Positions 1 through 12,200 of a stretch of 64,000 nucleotides of DNA are shown here, piece by piece. Position 1 is the stretch's first letter. Each line of letters begins with the position of its first letter. Location: positions 186,001-250,000 of the forward strand of contig MU008191.1 in the NCBI GenBank assembly GCA_010909165.1, read 5' to 3'. This DNA is from Anthoceros angustus (taxonomy: Eukaryota; Plantae; Anthocerotophyta). The notes below the pieces were generated by a model that was not told the DNA's origin, did not search any database, and worked only from the letters and a program-made list of their open reading frames with translations. Position numbers and translations under genes: made by a program.

Positions 1-601
1 AGGCCTGCCCTGCACAAGATGCCAGGTTGTTTCAAGTACTCCATGACAAGATGCAATCACAAAACAGGGTCCGTCAATCTCAACTAGTTACCTCTGAAGG
101 CGCAGACACTGTACTGTACAACCTTCTGCTCATGAAAGAACTGCCATGCTGCTCTCTGGACAGCCAGGTGAAAATCTGCTAAAGCCACAAGTTCTGGTCA
201 CTGCATGCACAGCAAAGAGGAGCAACGAGATGGCAGGTTCGCATATTCCGCACCGCATTCTGTCGCAACTTCGTTGTAGAAATAGTGGACAGTCCATCCC
301 AGCCAGCGGAATTGGAGCACGCCGAGTGATGACATCGTGCTGAGAACCGTCGATCGAGCTGCATGCAAACGGAGCTCCCTTGCAGGCATACTCGCAAATA
401 ATCAGCTGATTTGGTGGGAGACAAACTGGCAGAGGCAGAATTGGTGGGACAGGCAGGCGTGAAAGTGCTTCTGGACGGGGCAAGGGCAGCCTGAACGCCA
501 GCTTCAAACGCGATCGGTAGAGATGACACAGCACACAGATGCGACTTGTACAAGTGACCTACAAGAGGAAGAAGGCGCGAGATGTGTCCAACACCTGCCA
601 T
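1..601 (-). CDS. 5' part of an unidentified spliced gene running off the left edge, possibly organelle-targeted
   Basis: ATG at 601 (MAGVGHISRLL..., Ser/Arg/Ala-rich). Candidate exon at about 175-92 (IFTWLSREQHGSSFMSRRLYSTVCLRLQR) is bounded by AG/GT, with a further acceptor near position 10. No domain recognised. Confidence 0.3.
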
Positions 602-888
602 TGCGGCCAAAAGAACCACAGGATTTCCCAGCGATTCTGCCAATGCGGGCGCTACACAAACCACAAACTCAACCAAGACTCGCGTTGATCTCCACTCAAT
701 TCAGCGACGGGGAAAGAAAAGACTGTACAGCGAACGAGAGCAGAAATTGCCTGTGCAGGCGCGGTCTCTGAGGAAGAGCGGCTTCGTGCTTTGTGAGGTA
801 GATAGGTTAGAACTTCACAAGCCTGACCTCGGGTTGGGACGGGTTTTCCACACATCCACGGATTGTCAAGCCTGATATCTTCGTGTTG

Positions 889-2061
889 ATGGCGAGCGAG
901 AGCGTGCCGGCGGAAGCTGTGCAGAATGTGCTGCGGGCGTCATCGCTGGCGGGGCTCGAGGGCCGGCAATCCGTGTCCGGGTTCGAGTTCAACAATGGGC
1001 TGGACTACGGGGGCTTGCTGCAGGCCATGCAGCACACAGGTTTCCAGGCGTCGCAGCTGGGGAGGGCGGTGGAGGAGGTGAACCGGATGCTGGACTGGAG
1101 GCTGAGCGACGAGCCCGTGGAGGAGGGGAGCAGCGAGGCGGAGCAGGATGCGGGCTTCAGGGCTTCGGTGCGGTGCAAGCTCTTTCTGGGGTGCACATCC
1201 AACCTGGTGTCGTCGGGGGTGCGGGAGAGCATCCGGTACCTGGTGGAGCATAGGATGGTGGACGTGCTGGTCACCACGGCCGGGGGAATCGAGGAGGACA
1301 TCATCAAATGCCTGGCTCCCACCTACATGGGGGACTTCACCCTGCCCGGGGCCCAGCTGCGGGCTCAGGGGCTGAACCGGATTGGGAACCTGCTGGTGCC
1401 CAACGACAACTACTGCAAGTTCGAGGACTGGGTGATGCCGGTGCTGGACAGGCTGCTGGCCGAGCAGAGGGAGCAGGGGGTGCTGTGGACGCCGTCCACA
1501 GTGATTGCCAGGCTGGGCAGGGAGATCGACAACCCTAGCTCCATTTTGTACTGGGCTCAGAGGAACGGTGTCCCGGTGTTCTGCCCTGCGCTCACCGATG
1601 GCTCTCTTGGGGACATGATCTACTTCCACTCCTACCGGAACCCGGGCCTGGTGATCGATATTGTGCAGGACATTGCGCGGATGAACGGGGAGGCTGTGCA
1701 CGCTGCCCCGCGCAAGACCGGCATCATCGTGCTCGGAGGCGGCCTGCCCAAGCACCATATCTGCAACGCGAACCTGATGAGGAACGGTGCGGATTTTTCC
1801 GTCTTCATCAACACCGCGCAGGAGTATGATGGGAGCGATTCCGGAGCTTCTCCGGACGAAGCCGTGTCTTGGGGGAAAATTCGGGGCTCCGCCAAGCCGA
1901 TTAAGGTGCATTGTGACGCCACCATCGCCTTCCCTTTGCTGGTTGCCCAGACCTTCGTCCCAAGAGTTCTCCGGGAGCAGGCACGGCGGCAGGAAGCCCC
2001 TAAACCCTCAGCTTTCATTTTAGGGTCTCAAGAGGATTGCATGCGCATACAAATATGCTGA
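889..2061 (+). CDS. DHS: Deoxyhypusine synthase (eIF5A hypusination), intronless
   Basis: Single ORF with GFQAxx[64 protein letters not shown], ILGGGxxKHH-type, [16 protein letters not shown] (catalytic Lys) and [10 protein letters not shown] motifs. First ATG is at 889. Confidence 0.96.
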   Translation: MASESVPAEAVQNVLRASSLAGLEGRQSVSGFEFNNGLDYGGLLQAMQHTGFQASQLGRAVEEVNRMLDWRLSDEPVEEGSSEAEQDAGFRASVRCKLFLGCTSNLVSSGVRESIRYLVEHRMVDVLVTTAGGIEEDIIKCLAPTYMGDFTLPGAQLRAQGLNRIGNLLVPNDNYCKFEDWVMPVLDRLLAEQREQGVLWTPSTVIARLGREIDNPSSILYWAQRNGVPVFCPALTDGSLGDMIYFHSYRNPGLVIDIVQDIARMNGEAVHAAPRKTGIIVLGGGLPKHHICNANLMRNGADFSVFINTAQEYDGSDSGASPDEAVSWGKIRGSAKPIKVHCDATIAFPLLVAQTFVPRVLREQARRQEAPKPSAFILGSQEDCMRIQIC

Positions 2062-2610
2062 GCATGGTGAGAATTCGATGAGAAACACAGCTTTCGCTGC
2101 CACCTTCCCTCATTCCATGCACATAGACGCTGCAGATATGCCAGCCGCACCTGAGCCCCGTAAGACGTGACCCACAAGGAGAGTCCACTGACACCATGCC
2201 CAAACGGTAGAACATGTGCTCTTCGTGTCAGATTGAGATGGGGACGGTTCCACACACATTAAGAGCCAAATGATTGTTTCTCTCCTTATTCAAAGCAAGC
2301 CCAATGCCAACAGACATCTGTTCTTGTCGCTCGGCACCGCGGAGCTTTGCACATCGACAATTAGCATTCCGGAGCAGCGTGCACCCTGGAGGAACAACAG
2401 CTTGAATGAGGTGGGTGCCTCATGTTTGTTGTACCCGATGCTTTGACAGAGAAAGAAAGGTTCCTCCGGTCCTGAACTGCTGTTTGCTGATGGTCGCACC
2501 ATTTCATATTGTTTCAAAGGTGCACGCCGATTTCAGACCCTGTACACACCATGCATGGGTTCACGGGAAGCATGGACCAGGAGAGACTCTGACTTCTGCC
2601 ACTGATCGTT

Positions 2611-4781
2611 ATGAGCCGGCGTCGAAGAATGGTGGAAGGTCCATTTCCGCCACTGAGCTGCTTTTGCCACTGTGTTTTTTCTGGGGCACGCAGGTTAGAG
2701 TCCTGGGATACCCACTTTGTTTGGACAGCCTCTCACAAATGCAGGGTGGCACAGTGTGAAGCAGATGTTGATGTGGGAACAGCATTTGAGGATGCAGAGG
2801 TCGTTGAAGCTGTCACGCCTTTGGAGATCCTGGTGGACCAAGGGTCTTATGTTTCCCTGCATCTTTTCTATGATGCAGTCAGAAAGTGCATGGCAGACAA
2901 GTTTCTGGTTCATGGCAGTCATGTTCATGCTGTCAGTGGTAGAAGTGGATACCAGTCCAACACCTTTTTGGCCAACAACATCATCCGGATGTATGCGGCC
3001 CACAAGAAATTGCAGGAAGCAAAGACGTGTTTGCTCACCATGGTGCACCAAATTTTTATATGTGGTTTTCCATTATCTCAGCTCATGTTGAACTTGGACA
3101 GGGTGCGCAGGCTATACAACTGTGTGCAAAAATGCCGCTATCAGCTATTGAGCCCACCGGCGGTTGAGAACAATGTGTTTGTTGGCAACGGCATAGTGGA
3201 TATGTCTGCAAAATGTGGCAGCTTGGACGATGCTCGCAGGGTTTTCGACTGTTTGACGACAAAAGATGTGGTCTCATGGAATACGATGATTTCAGGCCAT
3301 GTCCAGCATGGGCAAGTTGAGGCCTGTCTCTCTCTTGATGCTCATATGTGTCTGGAGCACACCACTGCATCTGATAATGTTACATTTCTGTGCATTTTGA
3401 AAGCATGTGCCAGCATTGGAGCGTTACATCAGGGCAGCAAGCTCAATGCCCTCACGCTGGAAGGGGACTCGATGGCAGATCTTGCTATCGCAAATTGCCT
3501 GGTGGACATGTATGCCAAATGCGGAAGCTTGAATGACGCTCGCAGAGTCTTTGACACGCTTGCTTCCAAAGAAGTTGTGACATGGACTTCAATGATTGCG
3601 GGATATGCTGAGCATGGTTTTGGTCGAGAAACCCTTGCAACATATGCGCAGATGCAATCGAAATGCACTACCCCATCTGAAAGCGTTATGCTTGCCTCCC
3701 TTTTAAAATCCTGTGCGGGCATTGAGTGTATCCCGTGATCATTTCTTGAGGGTAAGAGATTCTTGTCACCGGTGATGCAGAAGGACGGAATTATTCCAGC
3801 CAATCATGTTACATTTGTGTGCCTTTTGAAAGCATGTGTCAGCATTGGAGCTCTACGTGAGGGCGAAGATCCATTCGCAGATACAAAACAGAGGTTTGGA
3901 AGATGATGTTATTGGCAACTGCTTGGTGGACATGTATGCAAAATGTGGCAGCCTAGACAAAGCACGCTCAGTGTTTGACAGCTTACCAACAAAAGATGTG
4001 GTTACATGGAATGCATGTCCACCAGGACAGGAAAGAGCTCGGTTTCGAATCCCCAGTCTTGAACCTGGGAATGAAGGTGCTTTCCCTGCTGTAAAGCCCC
4101 AAAACTTTTTCTCAGCATATCCGACAATCATCGCAGTCCATGTCACCACATCTCTTACCGGCAGTCTGTCAAAAACCATGCGTGCATCCTCTAAACTCCC
4201 ACATTTGGCGTACATGTCAACCAGGCAGTTGCGGATGACAATATCGAGTTCAAGCCCTTTGCACTGGATCTGGGAGTGAATTTGTCTCCCCTGATGCAAA
4301 TCTCCAACACTGACACATGCTTGCAAGAGGCAGGTAAGCAAAAGAACATCAGCACTTACGATGCCCCGCTGTTGCATACTTGCGTAGAGAAGAGAGAGAG
4401 GCTCTTCACCACATCCATGCTGAGCTTAACCATCAATGATCGCAGTCCATGCCACCACGTCTTTTGTGGTCAAATTGTTAAAGTTCTGGCACTTCTTGTA
4501 CATGTCCCCTTGGAGAACATGCCTTCAATCATGTGGTGCATCTTCAGCCGAAGCACTCCGCTGCATATGTGTTGATGGCACACATTTATGCTGGTGCTGA
4601 TTTGTTGGATCATGCATGGGAGGTGCACAGGCGCATGGAAGACCCCGGGTTGAGTTGGATCGAGCGTCACCACCAAGTACACATTTTTGTGGTAGGAGAC
4701 TGCCAGAGTCCTCGGCATAAGCAACTGACTGACTTGCTGAAGAGTTTAGGATCGCAGCTGGAGGAGATAAGACCGCTCTAA
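2611..4781 (+). pseudogene. Degenerate PLS-class PPR (E/E+) gene with stops, frameshifts, deletions and an internal inversion
   Basis: The N-terminal signature matches the two intact neighbours (LVDQGSYV...VHA...SG..SNTFLANNIIRMY). PLS motifs run to a stop at 3738 and continue frameshifted to about 4015. E2/PG-box-like end (AYVLMAHIY...GLSWIERHHQVHIFVVGD) lies at 4509-4781. Confidence 0.9.
4014..4508 (-). pseudogene. Inverted internal PPR segment within the PPR pseudogene
   Basis: The minus strand reads KDVVAWTAIIDG*AQHG...LLQACVSVGDLHQGRQIH...NCLVDMYAKCGSLEDARMVFD...GALQQGKHLHSQV...LVDM, while both flanks encode PPR sequence on the plus strand. Confidence 0.88.
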
Positions 4782-5012
4782 ACCCCCCATGCGCGATAGT
4801 AGAACAAGAACGCCTGTTCCCATTTCCAGCATCATCTGGCCGCATCAGCTCGCCTGTTCTCTATTGCGGTACGGCCCGCTATTTCTTGTCATCAAAAGAA
4901 TGAACATAGAAAGGATTGGCAGGCTTGGTTTTCAATTACGCAATACCGGTGCTATTTCTGACCGAAACGTGAACAGCCCTTCAGCGAGCGCATCTCCGTA
5001 TCCGCCTCCACA

Positions 5013-5093
5013 GGCATCTCACGATAAAAGGGATAATACGGCATCTCACGATAAAAGGGATAATAAGGCATCTCACGATAAAAGGGATAATAA
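5013..5093. repeat. 27-bp tandem repeat x3 (ggcatctcacgataaaagggataata[c/a])
   Basis: Copies start at 5013, 5040 and 5067. Confidence 0.95.
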
Positions 5094-5514
5094 TAACGTC
5101 GACAACAATCGGGCAACGAAGTCTTGATTGGCTTGTCGGGTATACCCCATATCACGCAGAAGACCTGCGTAGCAACTGTGGTCCTACTTAGACTAGCATC
5201 CGGGCATGGAAGTGTATGAGCCGTGTGTTCAGCACAAAGCGAACTATTCTTTCGCCTTTTACTAAAGAATACCGTGCGCGGGACACAAAAAGCGGCATAC
5301 TCCACTTTTTGGGCTGAGCCCTTCGGGGCTCTACAATTAAAACTTAAATCGGATCATAGCCATGGCTGACAGGTTACCGTGATTCCGCCATGTCTGATAT
5401 GTTGCCGCGATCCCGTTCCTTACGCCCCATGACTGAGCAGTGGCATCCTGCGTGATGTGATCCTCCCGTGCGGTCAAAACGAGTACGGTGTACGATGCTG
5501 CCAAAACGATTTTT

Positions 5515-5798
5515 TACGATGCGGCTAAAACGAATTCGGGTTTGGTAAAAATTGTTACGATGCGGCCAAAACGAATTCGGGTTTGGTAAAAATTGCTACG
5601 ATGCGGCCAAAACGAATTCGGGTTTGGTAAAAATTGTTACGATGCGGCCAAAACGAATTCGGGTTTGGTAAAAATTGTTACGATGCGGCCAAAACGAATT
5701 CGGGTTTGGTAAAAATTGTTACGATGCGGCCAAAACGAATTCGGGTTTGGTAAAAATTGTTACGATGCGGCCAAAACGAATTCGAGTTTGGTAAAATT
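5515..5798. repeat. 41-bp minisatellite x7 (tacgatgcggccaaaacgaattcgggtttggtaaaaattgt)
   Basis: Near-identical copies every 41 bp from 5515 to 5761, with a partial copy at about 5491. No unique spacers. Confidence 0.97.
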
Positions 5799-6301
5799 AG
5801 ACTGTCTCACTTTTTGTGGCCACTCAAATTCCTAATCGTGTTTTGGGCCTCTCCCTCTCCCGCCCGCCTTTGAGCATTTATTTATTTTTTGTTTAGTATT
5901 TTCATGTAGATATTTTAAAGTACACATCGAAGTCGAGCATCAGGATTTTAATAGAGTAACATGTAGGAAACTAAGAATTGCTGGCTCAACTTACTCCTAT
6001 TTAGTCTAGTTAGAATACTAATTTAAAGTAATATATAGGGCACTAACAATTGGCATCTTAAGTTACTCCTCCTTAGTCTAGTTACGGGTTGTTGCCTGTG
6101 CTTTCATCTGATAATGCCATCACCCATGGTGGTTATTCTCACTATAACATCATTCTCCTAGTACCTCCGTTTCGAGTCGGTGAATGCCCTTAAAATATGG
6201 AAGAGTTAACCCTAGAGGATGGACATACTCGTTTTGAGTGGTTTATTTCAAGTGGTGAACGCCCTTAAAATATGAGATAGTTAACTTCTAGAGTAATGAA
6301 C

Positions 6302-8963
6302 CTACTCATTTTCAATGGTTTTGGGTGCATTCTGAGCTCTAAGAGTGTGTACACTGCCCTTCTTGAGCTGAAGGTTTACCTTTTCCAAAAGGTCGTACAG
6401 TTCCTCGTGTTGCGAGTGGTTATCTCCAACCACAAACGAGTACACTTCCTGGTCATGCTCAATCCAACTCTGGGCAGGATCCTTCCAGGTACCTTGCTTC
6501 TCCATTAGCCTATGCAACTCCGTTGCATGTTCGGAGATGCCAGCGGCAGCATATATCTGTGACATCAACAGATATGGGGCGGCATCCTTACGGTCCAGAT
6601 GCACTGCACATTCAAATGCCTGTTCTCCCAGAACTGCGTTGCCATGTTTTCGACACCCACCCAGCAAACACAGCCACAAGGCCCGATTAGGCTGCATTGG
6701 CATTGTGAGCAGCATGTTTTCTACCTGCTTGAAATGTCCTGCACGTGCAAAGAGGTCTATCATACTGACGTAGTGATCGATTGCTGGAGTTATGCCATGA
6801 TCTCTGCTCATGGAGTTGAAATACACCACCCCTTGGTCCACTAGACCAGCATGTCGACATGCAGAAAGAAGTGCAAGGAAGGTAACCGCGTCAGGCTTCC
6901 TCCCGGCTAGTTGCATTCTCTCATAGCATTGCAGGGCTTCCTTAGAGCATCCGTGCTGAGCATATCCCGCAAGCATCGTGTTCCAAGCCACCACATCCCT
7001 GCTGGGTAGTGTCTCAAAAACTCCGCAGGCACCATCGAGGTTCCCGCATTTCGCATACATGTCCAACAGGCAGTTGCCAATAAGCTCATCGGCCTGCAGT
7101 CCTTTTTCTTGAATATGGGAGTGTATGTCCATACCTTGGTGCAAGGCTCCAATACTAGCACATGCTTTCAAAAGGCACATCCATGTAACCTGATTCGGGA
7201 CACAAACACCCTCCTGCTGCATATTTGAATAAAGGCTAAGGGATTCTTGGCCAAGCCCATGCTGAGCATAGCCTGCAAGCAGTGCGTTCCATGTCACCAC
7301 ATCTCTTGCAGGCATCTTGTCGAACACCCTACGGGAATATTCTAAGCTCCCACATTTTGCATACATGTCTACAAGACTGTTCCCGACAACAAGGTCTGCC
7401 CCCAATCCCTGGCCAAGAATCTGAGCGTGAAGCTGTTCACCTTGATGTAGAGCTCCAACCCTGGCACAAGCTTTCAAAAGACAAACAAATGTGACATGAT
7501 CGGCTGGACTAACGCCATCCTTCTGCATATCAGCATACAGCATGAGACATTCTTGACCCCACCCTTCCTTAGCATATCCTGCAATCATGGCAGTCCATGC
7601 GATAACGTCTTTCAGGGGCAACATGTCAAACACATGGCGAGCATCCTCAAGGCTGCCGCATTTTGCGTACATGTCCACCAGGCAGCTGCCAAGAACCACA
7701 TCAGCTTCCCAGCCCCTTCTCTGAATCTGGGAGTGAAGCTCCTTGCCCTGATGTAAAGCTCCAAAGCTGGCACACGCTTTAAGGAGGCATACAAATGTGG
7801 ACTGATTACCTAAAATGGCACCCTCCTGTTGCATACTGGAGAATAGAGAAAACGACTCCTGACCACGCCCATGCTGAGCGTATCCTGCAATCATCGCATT
7901 CCATGACACCACGTCCTTGGAGGTTAAGCCGTCGAACACTATGCGGGCATCCTCTAAACTCCCACATTTTGCATACATGTTCACCAGGCTGCTACCAAGG
8001 AACACATTCAATTCACACTTGCTCTGCACAATATCAGCATGTACCTCCTTGCCCGATACGACATCTGCTGCTGCACCACAAGCTTTTAGCACCGCCACAA
8101 ACACGTAGGTGTTGGGCTTCACAGCTGACAGTTGCATCTGTTTATACAGTCGTATGACATGGGTGGGTTGCCCATATTCAGCATGTGCCAGAATAATGGA
8201 GAGCCACATGGAAGCATTGCGTGTAGCTACACTATCGAACACCTTAGTAGCTTGCTGCAAGCTACCACGAGAAGCATACATGCGAATGATGCGGTCTGCC
8301 AAGGACGTGTTTGAGAAGGACCCGCTTTTGAGTACAAGAGCATGAACACGCGTTCCCAGAACGCCATCCTTGTCAGCTGCACAACTTCTGAGGAGACAAT
8401 GGAACAGGGATGAAGATACATACGACCCTCGTGCCACCAGAAGGGCCAAGGCCTCAACGTCCTCACTGAGTCCCTCTCCACTCGATTCCCTCCAGGTTCC
8501 ATTCTTCAGGTGCGTGTCAGGCTCGGCTGCTCTTGCACTGTCAAAATTGCCATGGTTCAGGTTCGTATCCCCAAGTCTGTCTCCAAGGGCTTCACATGTT
8601 GGCAAAGCAGCTGAAGGACAGCGGAAGAAAACTGCACCTCTCAACAAAATTCCCACTGCCAGCTCTGAGTTGGAATCTTCGTAGACATAGAATGTTTGCT
8701 GGTCCCAGCCCCTGTGTGGGTGGGCGTTCTCTGCGCTGTTGAAACGAACAACGGCTTGGAGACGTACAGCTGCTCAGGTGCCCATCACACAGATGGCAAA
8801 TGGATGGCACTGAATACTGATGTACCTTATGGGATGACAATCTGCTCTGCTCCGGTGCGCCCAGGGGCATCAACTGGTGCTTGCACAAGCTCTCCACATG
8901 GGAACCGAATTTGACTGGAACCAAGCGCCACCCAAGCCAATTGCCACCAAGACGACCACGCAT
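6302..8963 (-). CDS. PLS-class PPR protein with E1-E2 and truncated DYW (E+), organellar RNA-editing specificity factor
   Basis: 784-aa ORF with about 5 PLS triplets (xxMYAKCGSLEDAR.VFD / DVVxWNAMIAGYAQHG / TFVCLLKAC), P2-L2-S2, E domains and PAQSWIEHDQEVYSFVVGD, ending before HxE/CxxC. The 5' exons from ATG 8963 are inferred from GT-AG phasing and are less certain. Confidence 0.92.
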
Positions 8964-9222
8964 CTCCCCTGTAACAGCTCATGGCAAAAGTCCTGCCAAG
9001 CTAATTGAGAGCCCCGATCAACTGTGACTGCAGGGCGGAGGAAAACCAACTGCCAGGGAGGGGGGAACAAGCTTGCGATTCAAATCAAAAATGCAATTTT
9101 GTGCAGCATCCGCTTCCATGGGGCTTGCTCCGACAGTTTTCCACCTGCTCCCCAGCGCCGTCTTCATCGCGTGGCACTGGGACTGCCCCTCAATGCAAAG
9201 CCGCAAATGAAGTTCCCTTCAA

Positions 9223-12200
9223 ATGAGCGCGAGAAGAGCTGGTGAAACCGCCGCACATTTGACCCTGTTCCGCCCAACACAAGGTCGACCCAGCACTTGG
9301 AAGCTACGGTGTGGGCTCCTGTCATCGTTGAGGGGAACAGCAAACCATTTTCTTGAGCATCGACGACCTCCTTGTGTACATCATTCGACACCAACTCACC
9401 GTGCGGCAATACACGGGTGAGACGTTGGGTCCAATTTTCTTGTTGCCATGCTTGCCTAATTAGCTTTTCCGCCTTGAAATCCGTCAATCGTGCAGGGGGG
9501 TGGAGAAGGAATCAAGGGATGGGAACCAGAGTGAATCGCGTGATGATGGCCAGCTCCATAATGCTGTTCAGCAGGTGGGCCTCATGGTGGAACGAGGATC
9601 ATATGTTCCTTTATCGCTCTTGCATGGTGTTCTCAAAGACTGCAATACGGAAAAAGATCTGGATCTTGGGAGGAGCGTTCATGCTCTTACTTGCAAGAGT
9701 GGGTACGAGTCAAGTGCGTTCTTGGCCAACGACCTTATTCGTATGTATGTTTCGCATGGAAGATTGCAGGAAGCAATGCAGCTGTTCGACAAATTGCTTG
9801 CACCAGACACTTTCTTATGGTCCTCCATCATTTTGGCTCATGCTGATCACGGACAGCCTGGACTTGCTTTGCAGCTTTTTAGACAGATGCAGCAGTCGGC
9901 TACCAAGCCAAACAAGTATGTCTTTGTTGCTGTCCTCAAAGCATGTGGACATGCAACGGATTTGGCATTCGGCAGACAAGTCCACGCTGATGTTCTGGAT
10001 ACCATGGGTGAGCCTAATGTGTACGTTGCCAGCAGTCTGGTGGACATGTATACCAAATGCGGCAGCTTAGGAGATGCTCGCAAAGTTTTTGATAGCTTAA
10101 CTGTAAAGGACGTGGTGCTGTGGAATGCTATGATGGCAGCATATGCTAAGAATGGGCTTTATCAAGAAGCTCTAGATCTCTTCGCCAGCATGCAACAGAA
10201 GGGCATCACTTCAGTTGATCGAGTTACACTCGTCTGCCTTCTGAAAGCTTGCTCTGGCATTGGAGATCTGCAGCAGGGTAAGGAGTTTCATCGCTGGATT
10301 CAGGAAATGGGATTGGAAGCTGATGTTGTCCTTGGTAGCTGTCTGGTGGACATGTACTCAAAATGTGGAAGCCTGGAGGATGCACGCAGGGTGTTCGATA
10401 AGTTGGCCAAGAAAGATGTTGTGACGTGGAATGCAATGCTTGGAGGGTATGCTCTGCACGGATTTGGTCAAGAATGCCTTAGTCTATACACAATTATGCA
10501 ACAGTTGGGTGTCAGTTCATCAAACCGTGTGACATTTGTGTGCCTTCTGAAAGCTTGCTCCAACGCTCAAGACTTATGTCAGGGCAAGAAGCTTCATGCT
10601 GAGATTCAGGAACGAGGACTGGAAAGTGATGTTATCATTGGAAACTGCCTCATTGATATGTATGCAAAATGTAGCAGCCTAGAAGATGCGCGTACACTGT
10701 TTGACGGATTGCCAATGAGAGATGTAGTGTCATGGAACGTGATGCTTTCGGGGTATGCTCAGCATGGGCTTGGTCAAGAGGCTTTGACTCTATATGAAAG
10801 TCTGCAGCAGGAGGCCATCGCTTCTGTGGATCATCTTACGTTTGCCTACCTGCTAAAAGCATGTGCTAATGTTAGTTCTCTACATCGAGGAAGGCAGGTT
10901 CATTCCCAGATTCTGGGCCGAAGACTGGAAGCTGATATTATAATTGGCAACTCTCTGGTGGACATGTATGCCAAGTGTGGGAGTCTAGAGGATGCTTGCA
11001 GTGTATTTGACAAGTTGACGGTGAAAGATGTGGTCACGTGGAATGCCATGCTGGCCGGATATGTGCAGCATGGGCTTGCTCAAGAAACGCTTGGCCTGTA
11101 TGCAAGTATGCAACAGGAGTGCTCCTTGCCAGCAAATCAGGTCACGTTTGTGGCCCTCCTAAAAGCGTGTGCAAGCATTGGAGCTTTACATCAGGGCAAG
11201 GAGTTTCACTTCCAAATTCAGGAAAGAGGACTGGACAGTGACTTGGTGATTTGCAACAGCTTGGTGTTCATGTATGCAAAATGTGGCAGCTTAGAGGATG
11301 CACGCACAGTGTTTGACCGTGTTCCCAGAAAAGATTTGGTGACCTGGAATGCCATGATCACAGGCTATGCTCAGCATGGCATGGGCAGCGAAGCTCTTGC
11401 CGTCTATTCAAGGATGCAGCAGGAGGGCATCACCCCAGCTGATCATATCACGCTTTCTGCCCTTTTAAAGGCGTGTGCCAGCATCAGAGACGTACACCAG
11501 GGAAAGCAGCTCCATCTTGATATGGAGTCCAAAGGGTTGGTCAATTTGGTTACTGGGAACTGTCTCGTGGATATGTATGCAAAATGTGGAAGCTTGGAGG
11601 ATGCTCGAAGTGTGTTTGATAGACTAACCACCAAAGATGTGGTGTCGTGGAATGCTATGCTTGCAGGTTATGCTCAGCATGAGCTTGGTCGAGAAGCTCT
11701 TAGTCTTTATGCGGTTATGCATCAGGAAGGCATCATACAAGCCAATCATGTCACATTTGTCTGCGTTCTGAAAGCATGCACGAGCCTAGGAGCTTTGCAT
11801 GAAGGCAAGAAGCTTCACACCGAGATTCAGAGCAGCGGACTGCAAGATGATATTGTCATTGGCAACTGCCTTGTGGACATGTATGCAAAGTGTGGGAGCT
11901 TAGAAGATGCTCGAAGGGTGTTTGACAGGATGCCAATTAGAGATGTGGTGACATGGACTGCCATGATCTCTGGCTATGCTGACCATGGGGTTGGCAAAGA
12001 ATCTCTAGCTCTTTATGACAGGATGCAAGAGGAGGGTATCACACCAACTGATCATATTGCGCTTGCCTGCCTTTTGAGAGCATGTGCCAGTGTTGGAGCC
12101 TTACCTCAGGGTAAGGAGCTTCATTCCCAAATAACAGGTCAAGGATTAGAAAAGGATGCGGTTATTGGCAACTGCCTCATGGACATGTATGCAAAATGTG

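Noticed and set aside
889-2061. Homospermidine synthase or alkaloid gene cluster
   Set aside because: The protein retains the DHS-type IxxxN motif and there are no neighbouring pathway genes.
4036-4058. tRNA T-loop-like ggtttcgaatccc
   Set aside because: It is part of the inverted PPR coding segment and forms no cloverleaf.
5515-5798. CRISPR-like array of palindromic repeats
   Set aside because: The units are identical end to end with no unique spacers, there are no cas genes, and the context is eukaryotic.
6302-6500. DYW:KP (U-to-C) or full DYW deaminase domains on the PPR genes
   Set aside because: All copies have an SWIE-type box and terminate before any HxE or CxxC motif.
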